A stretch of 64,000 nucleotides of DNA from Candidatus Bathyarchaeota archaeon (GTDB lineage: Archaea; Thermoproteota; Bathyarchaeia; Bathyarchaeales; Bathycorpusculaceae): contig CAVYHV010000015.1 of the NCBI GenBank assembly GCA_963768425.1, forward strand, positions 63,620 to 127,619, read 5' to 3'. A program made the translations under genes and the position numbers. Positions 9,980-21,257 of this stretch are shown piece after piece. The notes beneath the pieces are model-generated. The model saw only the letters and a list, made by a program, of their open reading frames with translations, did not search any database and was not told the origin of the DNA. Position 1 is the first letter of the stretch. Every line of letters begins with the position of its first letter.

Positions 9980-10588
9980 GTGATGAAGCTAAGTCTGGAG
10001 AACCAGATGATTGTCGGTTTAGATTTGGCAGGCGTCGAAACACGACCAACCGGCGTCTGCATCCTTACAGGAATGAACGCTCAAACTTGCCTGATGTATA
10101 CGGACACGGAAATCCTCGCAAAAATCAAGGCAATTAATCCTGCCGTTGTAGCCATCGACGCGCCTTTAAGCCTGCCTCCTGGACGGAAATCCCTTGAAGA
10201 TAGAACTGGTGTTCACCTTAGAGAATGCGACAGGGAACTCTTGAAAAGGCACATAAAGTTTTTTCCAATTACGCTGGGTCCTATGCGAAAACTGACCATA
10301 CGCGGAATAAACCTGAGACATGCTTTAGAGGCGGAACGATTGGTTGTGATTGAGGCGTATCCAGGCGGTGCACAAGACGTTCGTGGAATCCTCCGAAAGC
10401 AGAAAGGGCTCGAAAAACTAAAGTCTGGTCTTGAGAGCTTAGGCATAAAAGGGCTGAAGAACGAATTAAGCGACCATGAACTTGATGCAGTAACTTGTGC
10501 ATATGTGGGCAAACTCTTTCTAGAGGGCAAATCTGTAACTTATGGAGCCCCAGAAGGAATAGTTATGCCGAAAGGTACAAAACCCTGA
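9980..10588 (+). CDS. DUF429 family predicted nuclease (RNase H fold)
   Basis: VGLDLAG, VAIDAPL, RECDREL, IEAYP, HELDAVTCA. Confidence 0.85.
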   Translation: MMKLSLENQMIVGLDLAGVETRPTGVCILTGMNAQTCLMYTDTEILAKIKAINPAVVAIDAPLSLPPGRKSLEDRTGVHLRECDRELLKRHIKFFPITLGPMRKLTIRGINLRHALEAERLVVIEAYPGGAQDVRGILRKQKGLEKLKSGLESLGIKGLKNELSDHELDAVTCAYVGKLFLEGKSVTYGAPEGIVMPKGTKP

Positions 10589-10812
10589 TTATGAAACAGA
10601 GTTCTTTTCAGAAAATCCACAATTAGGAGTGGCTCAATTGTTAGTAAATTAATTAGTTCTAACGCTTTGATTAATCTTTTAAGAGGTTTTCTTGAAAAGA
10701 GCAGGAGTGTCTAATCTGACGTGCAAGGGTCAAAAGAACAGTAAATAATGAAACAAGTGGGTCTCTTCAAAATATCCTTTACTTGAAGAGAAAAAAGAAG
10801 GGAGATTTGACT

Positions 10813-11337
10813 TTACGCAGAAGGAGCCGGTGGAGGTGGAGATGCCATTGGAGATGGCGCAGAAGATTGAAATACTTGTTTTATTTGAGCAACGGTTGTT
10901 CCCGCCCAGCGATCGGTCAATTTTTGGCGCTTGTCATTTCCAGCTGTGACAACTGCTATCAACCAGTCCAGGAAAAGGAAAAGCGCGAAGATCTTGCTTA
11001 TATTGCGTATGAATGATTTCCCAAATGATATCCGTCCGCCTTTTTCCAGCTGCACCTCTAAACCCATGACTCTTTTTCCAACTGTTCCTCCCCAGACGAC
11101 GTCCAATATGATGAAATAAAGTATTGAAAGCAGCCCAAAAAGCCCAAAAGTTAGCCAAATTCCGCCGTAGAAAAGCACCGAAGAGCCTGAAGCTATGGCA
11201 GCAACAGCTATCACCGCTACTATAATGCCCAGTATTGTTGTTACTATGAAGATTATTATTGCGTCGATGATGTAAGCGATTAAGCGTATAACCCAATGCG
11301 TAAAGTCAATCTGTCCACTATTGTTGCTACTTGTCAT
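10813..11337 (-). CDS. RDD family membrane protein
   Basis: RLIAYIID, GTVGKRVMGL, QKLTDRWAGT; Pro-rich tail. Confidence 0.9.
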   Translation of the reverse strand: MTSSNNSGQIDFTHWVIRLIAYIIDAIIIFIVTTILGIIVAVIAVAAIASGSSVLFYGGIWLTFGLFGLLSILYFIILDVVWGGTVGKRVMGLEVQLEKGGRISFGKSFIRNISKIFALFLFLDWLIAVVTAGNDKRQKLTDRWAGTTVAQIKQVFQSSAPSPMASPPPPAPSA

Positions 11338-11423
11338 TTGCTAAAAACCTCTAACTAGATTGTTGTATAAGCGCCTTATTATCGTTTTCGATTTATCGAT
11401 TAAACTCTAAAAAGAAGTATGTT

Positions 11424-12071
11424 TCAAGGCTTGAAACCTATCAAGAGCGCCATTTCCATCCATTTCCAGTAACAGTCAACGTCAGCGAAACCAATCTGTC
11501 TTAAGAATTTAAGCTGCGTTTCAACATCCAAAAGTCTGTTAGATGGGTCTTCTGTTTTGGGAACTCCTGATAGCTCCAAGAATTTCAGGTGAACGTTCTC
11601 TGTCGAAGAAGCAACGCGGTCAAGATTGCAGAACACGCCTTTTGGATTTAGTAGACCGAAAACTTCTTTGTACAGTTGCCTTTTTCTGGGATGCTCAAGG
11701 TGATGGATCGCCAAACTGGAGACTACGGCGTCAAAACATCCGAGTTGCTTAGCCGGAAGGGGTCGTCTTAAATCATGTTTAAACACAGTTACGCTCGTTT
11801 CTTTCGTGAAGCGTTCTTCGGCGCGTTCAAGCATAGGCTCGGAAAAGTCCAATGCCACACCTTGTGCGTCTGGCTTGTTCAGCTTAACCAAGGCCATTAA
11901 TCTGCCGTTACCTGTTCCCAAATCCAAAATCCGCTTGGTGTGTTTAGGGATTTGTTCAAGCAGCACTCTTTCCCCTTCTGTTCTATGGGGAAGTTTATCT
12001 GCTCTTGCCAAGTACGCAAGGACATGATCAATTCTTTGCCATTCGCTCTTAGGTACATCTTCTTTTTCCAA
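11424..12071 (-). CDS. Class I SAM-dependent methyltransferase
   Basis: ILDLGTGNG, FDAVVSSLAIHHL, LNPKGVF. Confidence 0.9.
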   Translation of the reverse strand: MEKEDVPKSEWQRIDHVLAYLARADKLPHRTEGERVLLEQIPKHTKRILDLGTGNGRLMALVKLNKPDAQGVALDFSEPMLERAEERFTKETSVTVFKHDLRRPLPAKQLGCFDAVVSSLAIHHLEHPRKRQLYKEVFGLLNPKGVFCNLDRVASSTENVHLKFLELSGVPKTEDPSNRLLDVETQLKFLRQIGFADVDCYWKWMEMALLIGFKP

Positions 12072-12252
12072 AGTCCATCCCTCCTCTATAACAAGCGGCA
12101 GGATATTTTTAATTTGCGTCGTTTACTTACGGAATTGGAGGGCTCAAAGCGGCAAAACTTTTCTCTCGACCTGAAAATACTCTTCCTAAGCTAACAATCC
12201 TTATATTGTGTTGATTCCTTTGAAAGGGGAATATTAAAAGGGGTTTCTGTTT

Positions 12253-12594
12253 ATGGAGTTTTGCCCAACTTGCGGCGTTCGTCTTGAGCCGAAGAAATCT
12301 GATGGTGCAATAGCACTTGTTTGCTCAAAATGCGGCTTCACCAAGCAGGCATCATGCAGCCGTGAGCAAGCTAAAGTAGTGAAAGTTATTCAGCCTAAAT
12401 CCCAGCCGTTTATGACCGTCATAAGCGAAGAGGAACAAAAAGTCAAAACCATGCCGACAATACGCATGAAATGCGAGAAGTGCGGAAACAACATGGTTTA
12501 CGTTTGGCAAGTACAAACTCGAGGCGGGGACGAAGCGTCAACCCAATTCATGCGCTGCACCAAATGCGGACACACCTTCAGAGAATACTCATAG
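12253..12594 (+). CDS. tfs: Transcription factor S
   Basis: Two Zn ribbons; QTRGGDE acidic hairpin intact. Confidence 0.93.
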   Translation: MEFCPTCGVRLEPKKSDGAIALVCSKCGFTKQASCSREQAKVVKVIQPKSQPFMTVISEEEQKVKTMPTIRMKCEKCGNNMVYVWQVQTRGGDEASTQFMRCTKCGHTFREYS

Positions 12595-13206
12595 AAATGT
12601 TTTCCTTGATCTCAAAAAAGCGTCTTTTCATATGGTGAAGAACCCGTCGAGAAGCAAATTACGTACGCTATTTGAACCCCGCTTACCATGTCAGTTTTTT
12701 GGCAAAGTGTTGGTTAGAGTTTACGTGAAGCTTAAGGTTATTGACTTACGGTTTGAAGCAAACGAAGAAAAGTAAAATTTCCAAGGACAGCAACATAACA
12801 AACTATGCTTGAACCCGTCCGCTTATTGTCAAGTATAAACAGGTGTGCGAAAACGGTTCTTTTCATATTTCATACGCAAAAATTAAGGGTGAAAAAAAGG
12901 ACAGTTTTTCCTTCTTTTGAAGTTTTAAGTTTGAGTTTTGCTCTTTTTCTCTTTTCGTGCTTTTCTTTTCGCGTCTCGTTCTTTTTTGGTTAGTGGTTTT
13001 TCTTTTTTCGGCATGTTTTATCTCCGGGTGTAATGATATGCAAGTTAGCACTTTAATAATTTTCGACAAAACCCCGTTGCCACAACTGCTACATTATGGG
13101 AAATCTGCAATAATAGACAATCATTACAATTCACACGTTTCAAAATTTGAGTACTAAATTAATAAAAAGAAAAGTGTTAATTGAGTTAAGATGTTAGCTT
13201 AAAAGC

Positions 13207-13350
13207 TTAATATCTTCTTGGTGGTCTGCGTTTAGAATAGCATTCTCGGCAATATACTGGCCTGCTTCCGTCTGGCTTGAAAGGAACTTCACATTCTTTT
13301 CCACAGTCAGCGCAGGTTGCCTTGTGCATTTCTTTGTTACCGTATGACAT
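13207..13350 (-). CDS. CxxC-x17-CxxC small Zn-finger protein (47 aa; not in ORF track)
   Basis: Translated by hand: MSYGNKEMHKATCADCGKECEVPFKPDGSRPVYCRECYSKRRPPRRY. Confidence 0.88.
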   Translation of the reverse strand: MSYGNKEMHKATCADCGKECEVPFKPDGSRPVYCRECYSKRRPPRRY

Positions 13351-13751
13351 TTTCGTTTTTCACTTCCTATTACATTTCTTTTGCAAATCACTTTGCAAGC
13401 ATGCCTAAGGTTGAACTTACTATAAAATCTATCCGTTGCAGAAGGCTAAGAGGGTTATTCGCCCCGTGTATCGTTGCGGTTGCACTCCGCTTTTGGCCTG
13501 TACTCTACCTTCTTTGTCCGCGCCTTATGGTGTCTTTCACATTCTTTTATTCGAACAAGCATCCACTCGTTTTCTTCGTAAACGCAACCGCAAACCAAAG
13601 TTTTAGTCGTCAAAACCATTCATCTCTAAACTGCTCGCCAGTCAAATAAGAAATAACTGCAGTACCTCATAACGATTCCTCTTAGCCGCCCTTTAATCGC
13701 ATGGTTTGCTACACAACCTAAATAAACTAATTTTCTTATCCAACATTCACC

Positions 13752-14285
13752 TTGAACTTTGAAAACGTAACGTTGACTGATTCTGTCTTTTTCCGATGCA
13801 TGTGCTGCGGTATTTGTTGCCGTATGCAGCCACCCGACGTTGACGACGCCGAGCGGAAACGGATAGAGGCAAAAGGATTCAAAGATTTCTTAGAGCGCCC
13901 TGACGAAGGCGGAATTCGTTGGATCCGCAGAAAAAAAGATGCCAGCTGCCATTTCCTTACAAAAAACAACAAGTGCGCCATCTACAACGTGCGCCCAGCG
14001 GCTTGCAGATTGGAACCATTCACAATAGCCGACTACGACTCCGAGAAAAACCGAATAGAAGTAGAACTGAACTTCCCTTTTTCAAGCTGCTGTGTGGGAA
14101 CCTGCGAAGAAAAAGAAATGGGGTCTTTTCAGGAAATCGCGAAAGCCGCTCAAGTAATGTTGCGGAAGATTTTAGCTGTAACTGCGAAAGACTTAGAGCT
14201 TCCCATAAAGGATAAGAGGGTTCGCGCTGAAACTCGGTCAAGAATTCTTCGAAGAAAAATAGAAGCCGCCGACCTACAACTATAA
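13752..14285 (+). CDS. YkgJ-family cysteine cluster (CxxCxxCC) protein
   Basis: FRCMCCGICC, CHFL, CAIYNVRPAACRLEPF. Confidence 0.88.
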   Translation: MNFENVTLTDSVFFRCMCCGICCRMQPPDVDDAERKRIEAKGFKDFLERPDEGGIRWIRRKKDASCHFLTKNNKCAIYNVRPAACRLEPFTIADYDSEKNRIEVELNFPFSSCCVGTCEEKEMGSFQEIAKAAQVMLRKILAVTAKDLELPIKDKRVRAETRSRILRRKIEAADLQL

Positions 14286-14299
14286 CCTATTTTAAGCTG

Positions 14300-14710
14300 C
14301 TAAAACTCCGGCAGGATGTCCCCTTCTGACTTTTCCGCAGGCATGGGAGAGACGTTGGCAGCTTGCGCCTTCTCAGCCATCTTCTTTGCGACGGCAATTT
14401 GTCTTTTAACGTCATCCACTCCTGACTGTAATGATTGCAACGCAATAACTTCCCATGTGTTTTGGCTCCAGAACGGTAAACTATTCATTGTCTTGCTCAA
14501 TTCTTCAGCAGACGGAGATTCAATAATCATTACTCCAGCTCTTTGACCTGCGAACAATCCTCCGATTATTATTTTTTTGTCTTCCCAATCCTTCAACATT
14601 TGTATGCTTGGCAAAATCATGTGTTCCGCAGCCATTGTGAAATCCGCTGGGTTAACAGGACCGCCATAGTCAATTCCTCTGCCTATCACTAAAAACCTCA
14701 AAAAATTCAC
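14300..14710 (-). CDS. Muconolactone isomerase-like/DUF3303-like small protein
   Basis: GVMIIESPSAEELSKTMNSLPFW..WEVIAL pattern. Confidence 0.6.
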   Translation of the reverse strand: MNFLRFLVIGRGIDYGGPVNPADFTMAAEHMILPSIQMLKDWEDKKIIIGGLFAGQRAGVMIIESPSAEELSKTMNSLPFWSQNTWEVIALQSLQSGVDDVKRQIAVAKKMAEKAQAANVSPMPAEKSEGDILPEF

Positions 14711-14879
14711 CTAACAAGAAAGAACAATTCCTTCTCCCTTAAGTATATGTGATTGTCAAAAAACAGCAACAACAGAAAATCGAGCCTTATTTGACTTTTC
14801 ATTTAATCAAATTGCGTTGCACTGTCAAGCGCTAACGTTCGCAAAGCTTTTTAGCTTGCTCGCTTAACCCTTATGGTGC

Positions 14880-14953
14880 GGGAGAAGTGACTTCTATCTT
14901 AAAGCGCTTTATCTGCTCTAATTTACGGCTAATTTCTCGAAGCTACTTCTTCC
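14880..14953 (+). promoter_or_regulatory. Structured 5' leader (long stem-loop) of the beta-propeller gene
   Basis: GGGAGAAGTGACTTC (14880-14894) pairs 14/15 (two G-U) with GAAGCTACTTCTTCC (14939-14953); BRE/TATA-like CAAAGCTTTTTAGC at 14842-14855. Confidence 0.5.
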
Positions 14954-14966
14954 AAAAAAACTAAAA

Positions 14967-17913
14967 ATGAGGAAAACAAAAATGCAAAAACCAATTAGTA
15001 AATCTGTGACTATTATTTTCGCAATACTTTTTTCGATTTCAATGGCAGCTTCAATTATAATGATACCAAACGCTAACGCGCATACGCCATCTTGGAGTAT
15101 TCCAGAATATGCCTACATTTTCGCTGCGCCAAGCCCTATAGGGGTAGGTCAGACAACGCACGTTTACATGTGGCTTGACAGTGTTTTCGGTGCAGCAGGC
15201 ACTGCAACCGTTGGTACAAGTGAAGCATTGCTTTCAAACAATTACAGATTCCACAACTTTCAGCTCATCATTACTTCACCTTCCGGTACAAACACAACGG
15301 AAACCTTTGCTATCGTCTCAGACCCAACATCGTCACAACCCTATTCCTTTACTCCCAGCGCAACCGGCACGTACACCTTAACATTTAATTTTCCAGGACA
15401 AGGTTATGCAGAATACGCTGGCCAGTATAATCCCACTTCAAATCTGGTTGGCGATACTTATCTGCCTTGCAGCGCGTCAACAACAATTACTGTTCAGTCA
15501 ACGCCAATAACAGGTACACCCGGTGCCCCGTTACCGACAGCTTACTGGTCATATCCAATATACGGTTCAAACTATGACTGGTACACGATTTCGTCAAACT
15601 GGCTAGGTTTTGGTGTAGGACTTTCCGCTTCTGTGCCCCCACAACCCTCAGGCTACACTAGCACTTCATTGTACTCCGGTGATGGCATAGGGCCGCTAAC
15701 TTCACACATTATGTGGACAACGCAGACTCAAATTGGCGGGGAAGTCGGAGGAAACATGTTTACCAACGATCAGTCAGTCGGCTACTTCGAAGGCTCATCA
15801 TATGCACCCAGATTCCAAAACCCGATAATAATAGACGGATACCTATACTACACAGTAGTCGCATCATTCACTGGTTCGCCTCTCTTGGGCGGAAGTCGCT
15901 ACCGGACCAACCGTCTGCGTTAATCTTCAAACAGGAAAGCAGCTCTGGAGCAACCAGAATATTCCACAACTATTAATGGGCATGACACCGGACGTTTACG
16001 ACCCTGACCAACACGGAGTTTATCCGCCAATTCTAGTTGCAAGCGTTACTGCACCTGACGGTTCAACAACTTGGGAACTGTTTGATGGTTTCACGGGAGA
16101 TGCACTATTCAACGTAACCGACGTTCCTTCAGGCGCAGCAGCATGGGGTCCACAAGGTGAGTACCTGCAGTATATCCTCACTAATGATGGCACGCCGACA
16201 GCTCCACAATGGTATTTGTCTGAATGGAACTCCTCCAGGCTTTGGTTATACGACATCAATCCATACACTGGCAGTGGAAGCGTCTCGCCGTCAATCCTAA
16301 TTCAACCCGGCAACGGTTTCCTGGGCTTTCCTTTTAGCAGTGTGCTTCCTATTCCAATCACAGGCGAAGATGTGTTTTACCCAACCGGAGCAGTAGGATT
16401 CGTACCTTACGGTTCAGCACTTAATGTCAACGGAAACATCGGCATCGCGCAAGGCCATGCTATATCTGCATTTAATTCGCCAACAACTTATGACTGGAAC
16501 ATTTCGTTATCATACCTAAACGCACTACCAGTACCACCCCTCGTTATAACTCCCATCGGCCCCATGGGCGGCGTTCCCATAACGATCGGCGCAGTAGACT
16601 ACGGAGATATGATGCTTGCCTACACTACGCTCCCAACAGGTTACGCAGCAGACGGCGGAGGCGTCCCACAACCCCCATCATGGACAATGTACGGCATAAA
16701 CCTCAACTCATCTGTAGGCGCGGTCGGTTCTGTACTTTGGAGCAAGACGATTACAACGCCACCGGGAAATCTGACTATCTCATTTAGCGGAGCTGACTGG
16801 CAGACCCGTACCTTTGAAATGAACTATGAAGAAACTATGCAATGGACAGGATTCAGTCTAACAAATGGCGCACAGCTCTGGGGACCAACTCCATCTCAAA
16901 CAGCCCTCGACTACTACGGCACACCGGGATCTCCCCCATTGCAAGCCTTCCTTGCCTACGGCACACTCTACAGCAGTTCATACGGCGGAATATGCTACGC
17001 CTATAACGATCAAACTGGAAAACTATTATGGACATGGGGCAACGGTGGACCATCTCAACCAGACAACAGCACCTACGCAGGCTTTAACGGACCTTACGGT
17101 GTCTATCCAACCCAAATACAAGCTATTGATAAAGGCGTCGTATACCTAGCTACAGATGAACACACTGTAACCAACCCAATTTACGTGGGCGCAACGATAG
17201 TCGCCATTAACGCCACCACAGGACAGCAAATATGGAGGCTTTCAGGATACCCAAGCGAATGGGCCGGGACTGGTAGCGCATGGGCTGTCGCAGCTGGCTA
17301 CTTGACATTCTTTAACGGGTACGACGGCCAAATCTACTCTGTAGGCAGAGGGCCCAGCGCAACAACAGTACAGGCACCATTGACCTCTACAACAGCCGGA
17401 GCCAACGTAGCCATACAGGGCACAGTGATCGACACTTCAACAGGCACACAGCAATCAACGCAGAAGGCTGATTTTCCCTACGGTGTTCCATGCGCATCTG
17501 ACACAAGCATGCAGGCGTGGATGGGCCACGTTTACCAGCAAATGCCAGAACCGACCGATTTCACAGGCGTTACTGTAACGTTGACCGCTCTTGATCCAAA
17601 CAACAACACTGTTCCCATCGGCCAAGCCACAACCAACGCTTATGGTCTATACAACTACCAGTGGACGCCACCAAATGTTCCAGGCAAGTACACCGTTACC
17701 GCAACATTCTCAGGCACAAATGGTTACTATCCATCAAGTGCACAAACAACTATGATCGTAGGCTCGCCAGCAGCAACAGCCGCGCCAACAGCAACACCAC
17801 TTAGCGGCGTCGCCACACAGGCTACACTCGAATACATAGGCATCGCAATCATAATCGTGATAATCATCATCGGTGCAGTACTCGCACTGCTGATGATGAG
17901 AAAACACGCATAA
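14967..17913 (+). CDS. Large secreted, C-terminally anchored PQQ-like beta-propeller protein (~981 aa; one +1 frameshift at ~15897)
   Basis: Signal peptide, repeated TGxxLW motifs, C-terminal TM plus basic tail; removing one base in GGAAGTCGCTACC gives GSATGPTVCVNLQTGKQLW and joins both ORFs. Confidence 0.85.
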
Positions 17914-17919
17914 AACAAC

Positions 17920-17954
17920 CAAGGGAAAAAACCCATTTCCCCTTTCTTTTTATT
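17920..17954 (+). terminator. Hairpin plus oligo-T terminator
   Basis: GGGAAA...TTTCCC followed by CTTTCTTTTTATT after the stop at 17913. Confidence 0.55.
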
Positions 17955-18223
17955 TAACTTTTAAGTCAGAATTTTTCAAATCGTTCAAATCTTGAAATTG
18001 ATTTATCGGCAAGGCTATCCCTCAAGAATAATAGTACACGTTGCTTCACGACTCGAAGTGTAAGATTAAATCATGAAACAAGCTTCGTGCACTCATCGAT
18101 TTGAAGAAAAATATGTAGTTGTAAGTTTTTAGAGGGCATTTTTTGTCTTTTGCTGTCAGGTAACTTATTTATTTGATGTTTTTCTATCGTATATCAGTAT
18201 TCAATGTTGAATGCTTCTTGCAC

Positions 18224-18766
18224 GTGAAAATTAAATATCCAAAACTCTCGTTGTTCATAATAAGTGTAATCTTAGTGTACTTCCTTTTTTCTGGATTAGC
18301 ATACAAACCCTTGCATGATGCCCTTATTTTCATGGGGTATTTTGGAACTTTTCTTGCGGGTTTACTGTATCCCTATGCATTAACTTCGTCGGCGGGTACA
18401 GCGATATTGCTGATTCTCGCTAAAGATCAAAACTTCCTCTTAGCAGGAGTTATAGCTGGAGGCGGCGCTTTGATAAGTGACATGGTTATCTTCCTTTTTG
18501 TTAAACATGGCTTTAATGATGAGGTACAAAAACTCTCAAAAGAAAAAGTTGTTCAAACTATTAATCGATGGATACCTGATTCCATTAGAGTCTACTTGCT
18601 TGCGACTTTTGCCAGTATTCTAATTGCATCGCCGCTTCCAACTGAAATTGGTATTATGCTAATGACATCAATAAAGAACATGTCTACCAAGAAATTCGTA
18701 ATAATTGTGTATATCCTGCATGCAAGCGCAATCTTCATAATTCTTCTAATTGGCCGCATTGTATAA
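18224..18766 (+). CDS. Hypothetical membrane protein (DedA/VTT-like)
   Basis: Multi-TM; GALISD.VIF and IASPLPTEIG motifs; AT-rich. Confidence 0.7.
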   Translation: MKIKYPKLSLFIISVILVYFLFSGLAYKPLHDALIFMGYFGTFLAGLLYPYALTSSAGTAILLILAKDQNFLLAGVIAGGGALISDMVIFLFVKHGFNDEVQKLSKEKVVQTINRWIPDSIRVYLLATFASILIASPLPTEIGIMLMTSIKNMSTKKFVIIVYILHASAIFIILLIGRIV

Positions 18767-19041
18767 TTTGGAGAGTCAAGACTTTTTTTGCTTAAGGGTA
18801 ACAAAGTCAGGCCTTTTAATGTGTTTTTCTATAAGAGATAGTTTGAGTAAAGACGCCTCGTGCAGCGTCATATGTGCTTTTTGACTGCGCCAAACCCCGC
18901 TTGTGCCTTATAGCACCTAAAGATCTCTTAGCCAGGTTTTCACTTAAACGCTTTCAATTCACTTTGCCTTTGTCGTCTAAAAACTGATAAGTAACATATC
19001 CTCTATACCATTAAGGCAAAAATGGAGGATGAGAAAATAAA

Positions 19042-19173
19042 ATGCCAAAATTAACCTTTACCGTAAGCCATGAAAACGACAAACGATTAAGAGAAAAAGT
19101 GCTTAACAGAGGCGACCTATCCTGCATAATAAACGACGCATTAGACCAATACTTCAAGAAAGCGGAACAATAA
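19042..19173 (+). CDS. Ribbon-helix-helix small DNA-binding protein (43 aa; not in ORF track)
   Basis: MPKLTFTVSHENDKRLREKVLNRGDLSCIINDALDQYFKKAEQ: alternating N-terminal strand plus S.II..AL..Y helix. Confidence 0.65.
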   Translation: MPKLTFTVSHENDKRLREKVLNRGDLSCIINDALDQYFKKAEQ

Positions 19174-19440
19174 CAAAGAAACAACAATGACAGAAGCTCC
19201 GTAAACCTTGGAAAAAGAACGATTCACAGTCAAAAAACCCAGTTGAGGAAGTTCAAAAAGTTACTAATTGTCAAGTCTATATTACGTAGAAATAAAAGCC
19301 TTCATAAATTCATTCGACATAGTCTGATAAAATAATTGCTCCACCGCAAACCGGACATCCTACTTAATTACGTCTTCTTAAATTTTAAAGATGTAAGTTA
19401 TGAAGGGTTGCATAAATTATTAGAACAACTTGTTACACAT

Positions 19441-19698
19441 ATGTTTACTATGAACAAATCAGAAGCTTTAGCGGTGTTGGGCGAGATTCGAGATGCCCTA
19501 AAAAACTCAGAGGTCTTAAGCTGCGTTTCCCTCGATGGCTCGCAGGTTTCTCACGTATCAACTGGTGGGTATGAAATAAAGATGAAATGCGAATTAGACA
19601 GCGTCTCAAAGGACGCAATAAACGGCGTACTGAAAAGAAATGAACTATACATGAAAGAACAAAACGGCTATGTAATTTTCCGTTCTCTTAAAGACTAA
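19441..19698 (+). CDS. Small hypothetical protein (paralog of 21258-21473)
   Basis: MNKSEALAVLGEI...YEIKMK...L.MKEQNGYVIF. Confidence 0.7.
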   Translation: MFTMNKSEALAVLGEIRDALKNSEVLSCVSLDGSQVSHVSTGGYEIKMKCELDSVSKDAINGVLKRNELYMKEQNGYVIFRSLKD

Positions 19699-20037
19699 CA
19701 TGACGTGATTAGCATCCTCGTTTTTCTAATCATATGACACTAGTCACGCCACTTCTATGAAATGCTGTCTTTTGATTGCTCACTGTGCGTATGCTCTAAA
19801 GAGATTACATGTTTTGTTTTGACTCATCTTTCTATGCTTGATATTTGAGAGATGCCCAAGATGCTGTGACACCGATTAGCGATTCCTTTGCAAGCTTTTT
19901 TCAAAAGACAAAGAAAGCGAAGTAAGCGCGCACTTAAGTAACATGGAAAGGGGTAAGGGAGTTTGCAATATTAAGATTTGAGGTTTACAAAAGCAAATAA
20001 AGTTATGCAACACAATCCACTGTGAGGGAGAAGGCAA

Positions 20038-20268
20038 ATGCAAGAGCCATCGCACACGTGGATTCCTAGAACAGGCAGACAATTGTTCATGAGGTGTGTC
20101 GATATCATGTGCCTCTTCGGAATAGCCGGTTATGCTTTAAAACTTCCGACATTCTTTAACAACTGGGTTTACTATCCGTTGTCGCCGAACCTCGGGGACA
20201 GCTTATTCCTATTAGTCTGCGTTGCATGGTTTGTAGTGAGATTACGAAAGCTCTATGTCTGCAATTAA
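20038..20268 (+). CDS. Small hypothetical membrane protein
   Basis: 76-aa ORF with two hydrophobic segments and a purine-rich upstream region. Confidence 0.45.
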   Translation: MQEPSHTWIPRTGRQLFMRCVDIMCLFGIAGYALKLPTFFNNWVYYPLSPNLGDSLFLLVCVAWFVVRLRKLYVCN

Positions 20269-20310
20269 AAAGCAATAAGTACGCGCTTTGCGGTATTATA
20301 TCGGCCTTTT

Positions 20311-20523
20311 TCAAACACTTTTATCAACATTGTAATTTTCCACGCGCTCCATTATCCCCCAATCTACACTTTCTAAAACCACCACACTAAGTTCTTTATC
20401 CTTATTTACTCTTAATTCTGTTCCACAGCTAGGGCATTGAATTATTTCTCCAACTTCAGCATACTTTAAGAAATCTGCTTTATTTGAGAAATCATATCCA
20501 CATTCAGGACATTTTGCACTCAT
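20311..20523 (-). CDS. LysW-like Zn-ribbon carrier protein with aberrant C-terminus
   Basis: CPECG...EVGEIIQCPSCGTELRV...ESVDWG, then a 14-aa extension instead of terminal Glu. Confidence 0.7.
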   Translation of the reverse strand: MSAKCPECGYDFSNKADFLKYAEVGEIIQCPSCGTELRVNKDKELSVVVLESVDWGIMERVENYNVDKSV

Positions 20524-21257
20524 GTGTTATACACCTCACAAGCTATGAAGCCGCGTCAATAGCCGCCTGGAAGTCGGCAGCACTAGAACCCGTTAAAACA
20601 TTACGCATGTTGTACGCCAAATAATAATTTGGTTTTGAATTATTAGATTTTATGAATTTCTGATAAGCGTTCGTGGTTAGATAACAATAACTCTGGACAG
20701 TAGTTGGTAGGCTGGAACTTTGGGTTTGAATGTCTGTTTTTCTCGTCAGCATTCTCTGTTAATAGACGCGGACGTTTGCGGAGTAAGGCTGTCGCCATTA
20801 CTCTTAATTTCTTGGCAGGCTTTCTTTCCTGAAGAAAAGGGAAGCGGAGCAAACAAGCGGGGGCGATGCAAAAAGAGCACGCGTTCGATCTTAATCTGAA
20901 CGAGAAAAGCGATTACTTTATTATTTTTTGGTTTAGAAAAGTTATTTTACTATTTTGAATTTGCTTTTGCATTCATTACAAGTGTAGCCCTCAATTACGA
21001 AATAGCTGTTCTGTAAAAGCGTTTGAGGCTTTGAAACTTCTTTGTGACAGTTAGGACATTCAGCCACTTAGATCAACTCTCTCCGTACGTTACAGTACTA
21101 TATGATATATTAAGTTATGATGTAACATCATGTGACAACACATCAACAATCAAAAATATAGATTAATTATTCAGCTATTTGGCTTCGATCTCGAGTTTCT
21201 TTGAAAATTGCATAAAGTTTATTAAATTTGTACGTTCTCAAGGGGCTGAGGGGTAAC

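Noticed and set aside
12805-13157. Short ORFs in T-rich sequence
   Set aside because: Low-complexity Phe- or Lys-rich translations with no motifs
20543-20852. Two 69-aa minus-strand ORFs
   Set aside because: No recognisable motif or clear start signals
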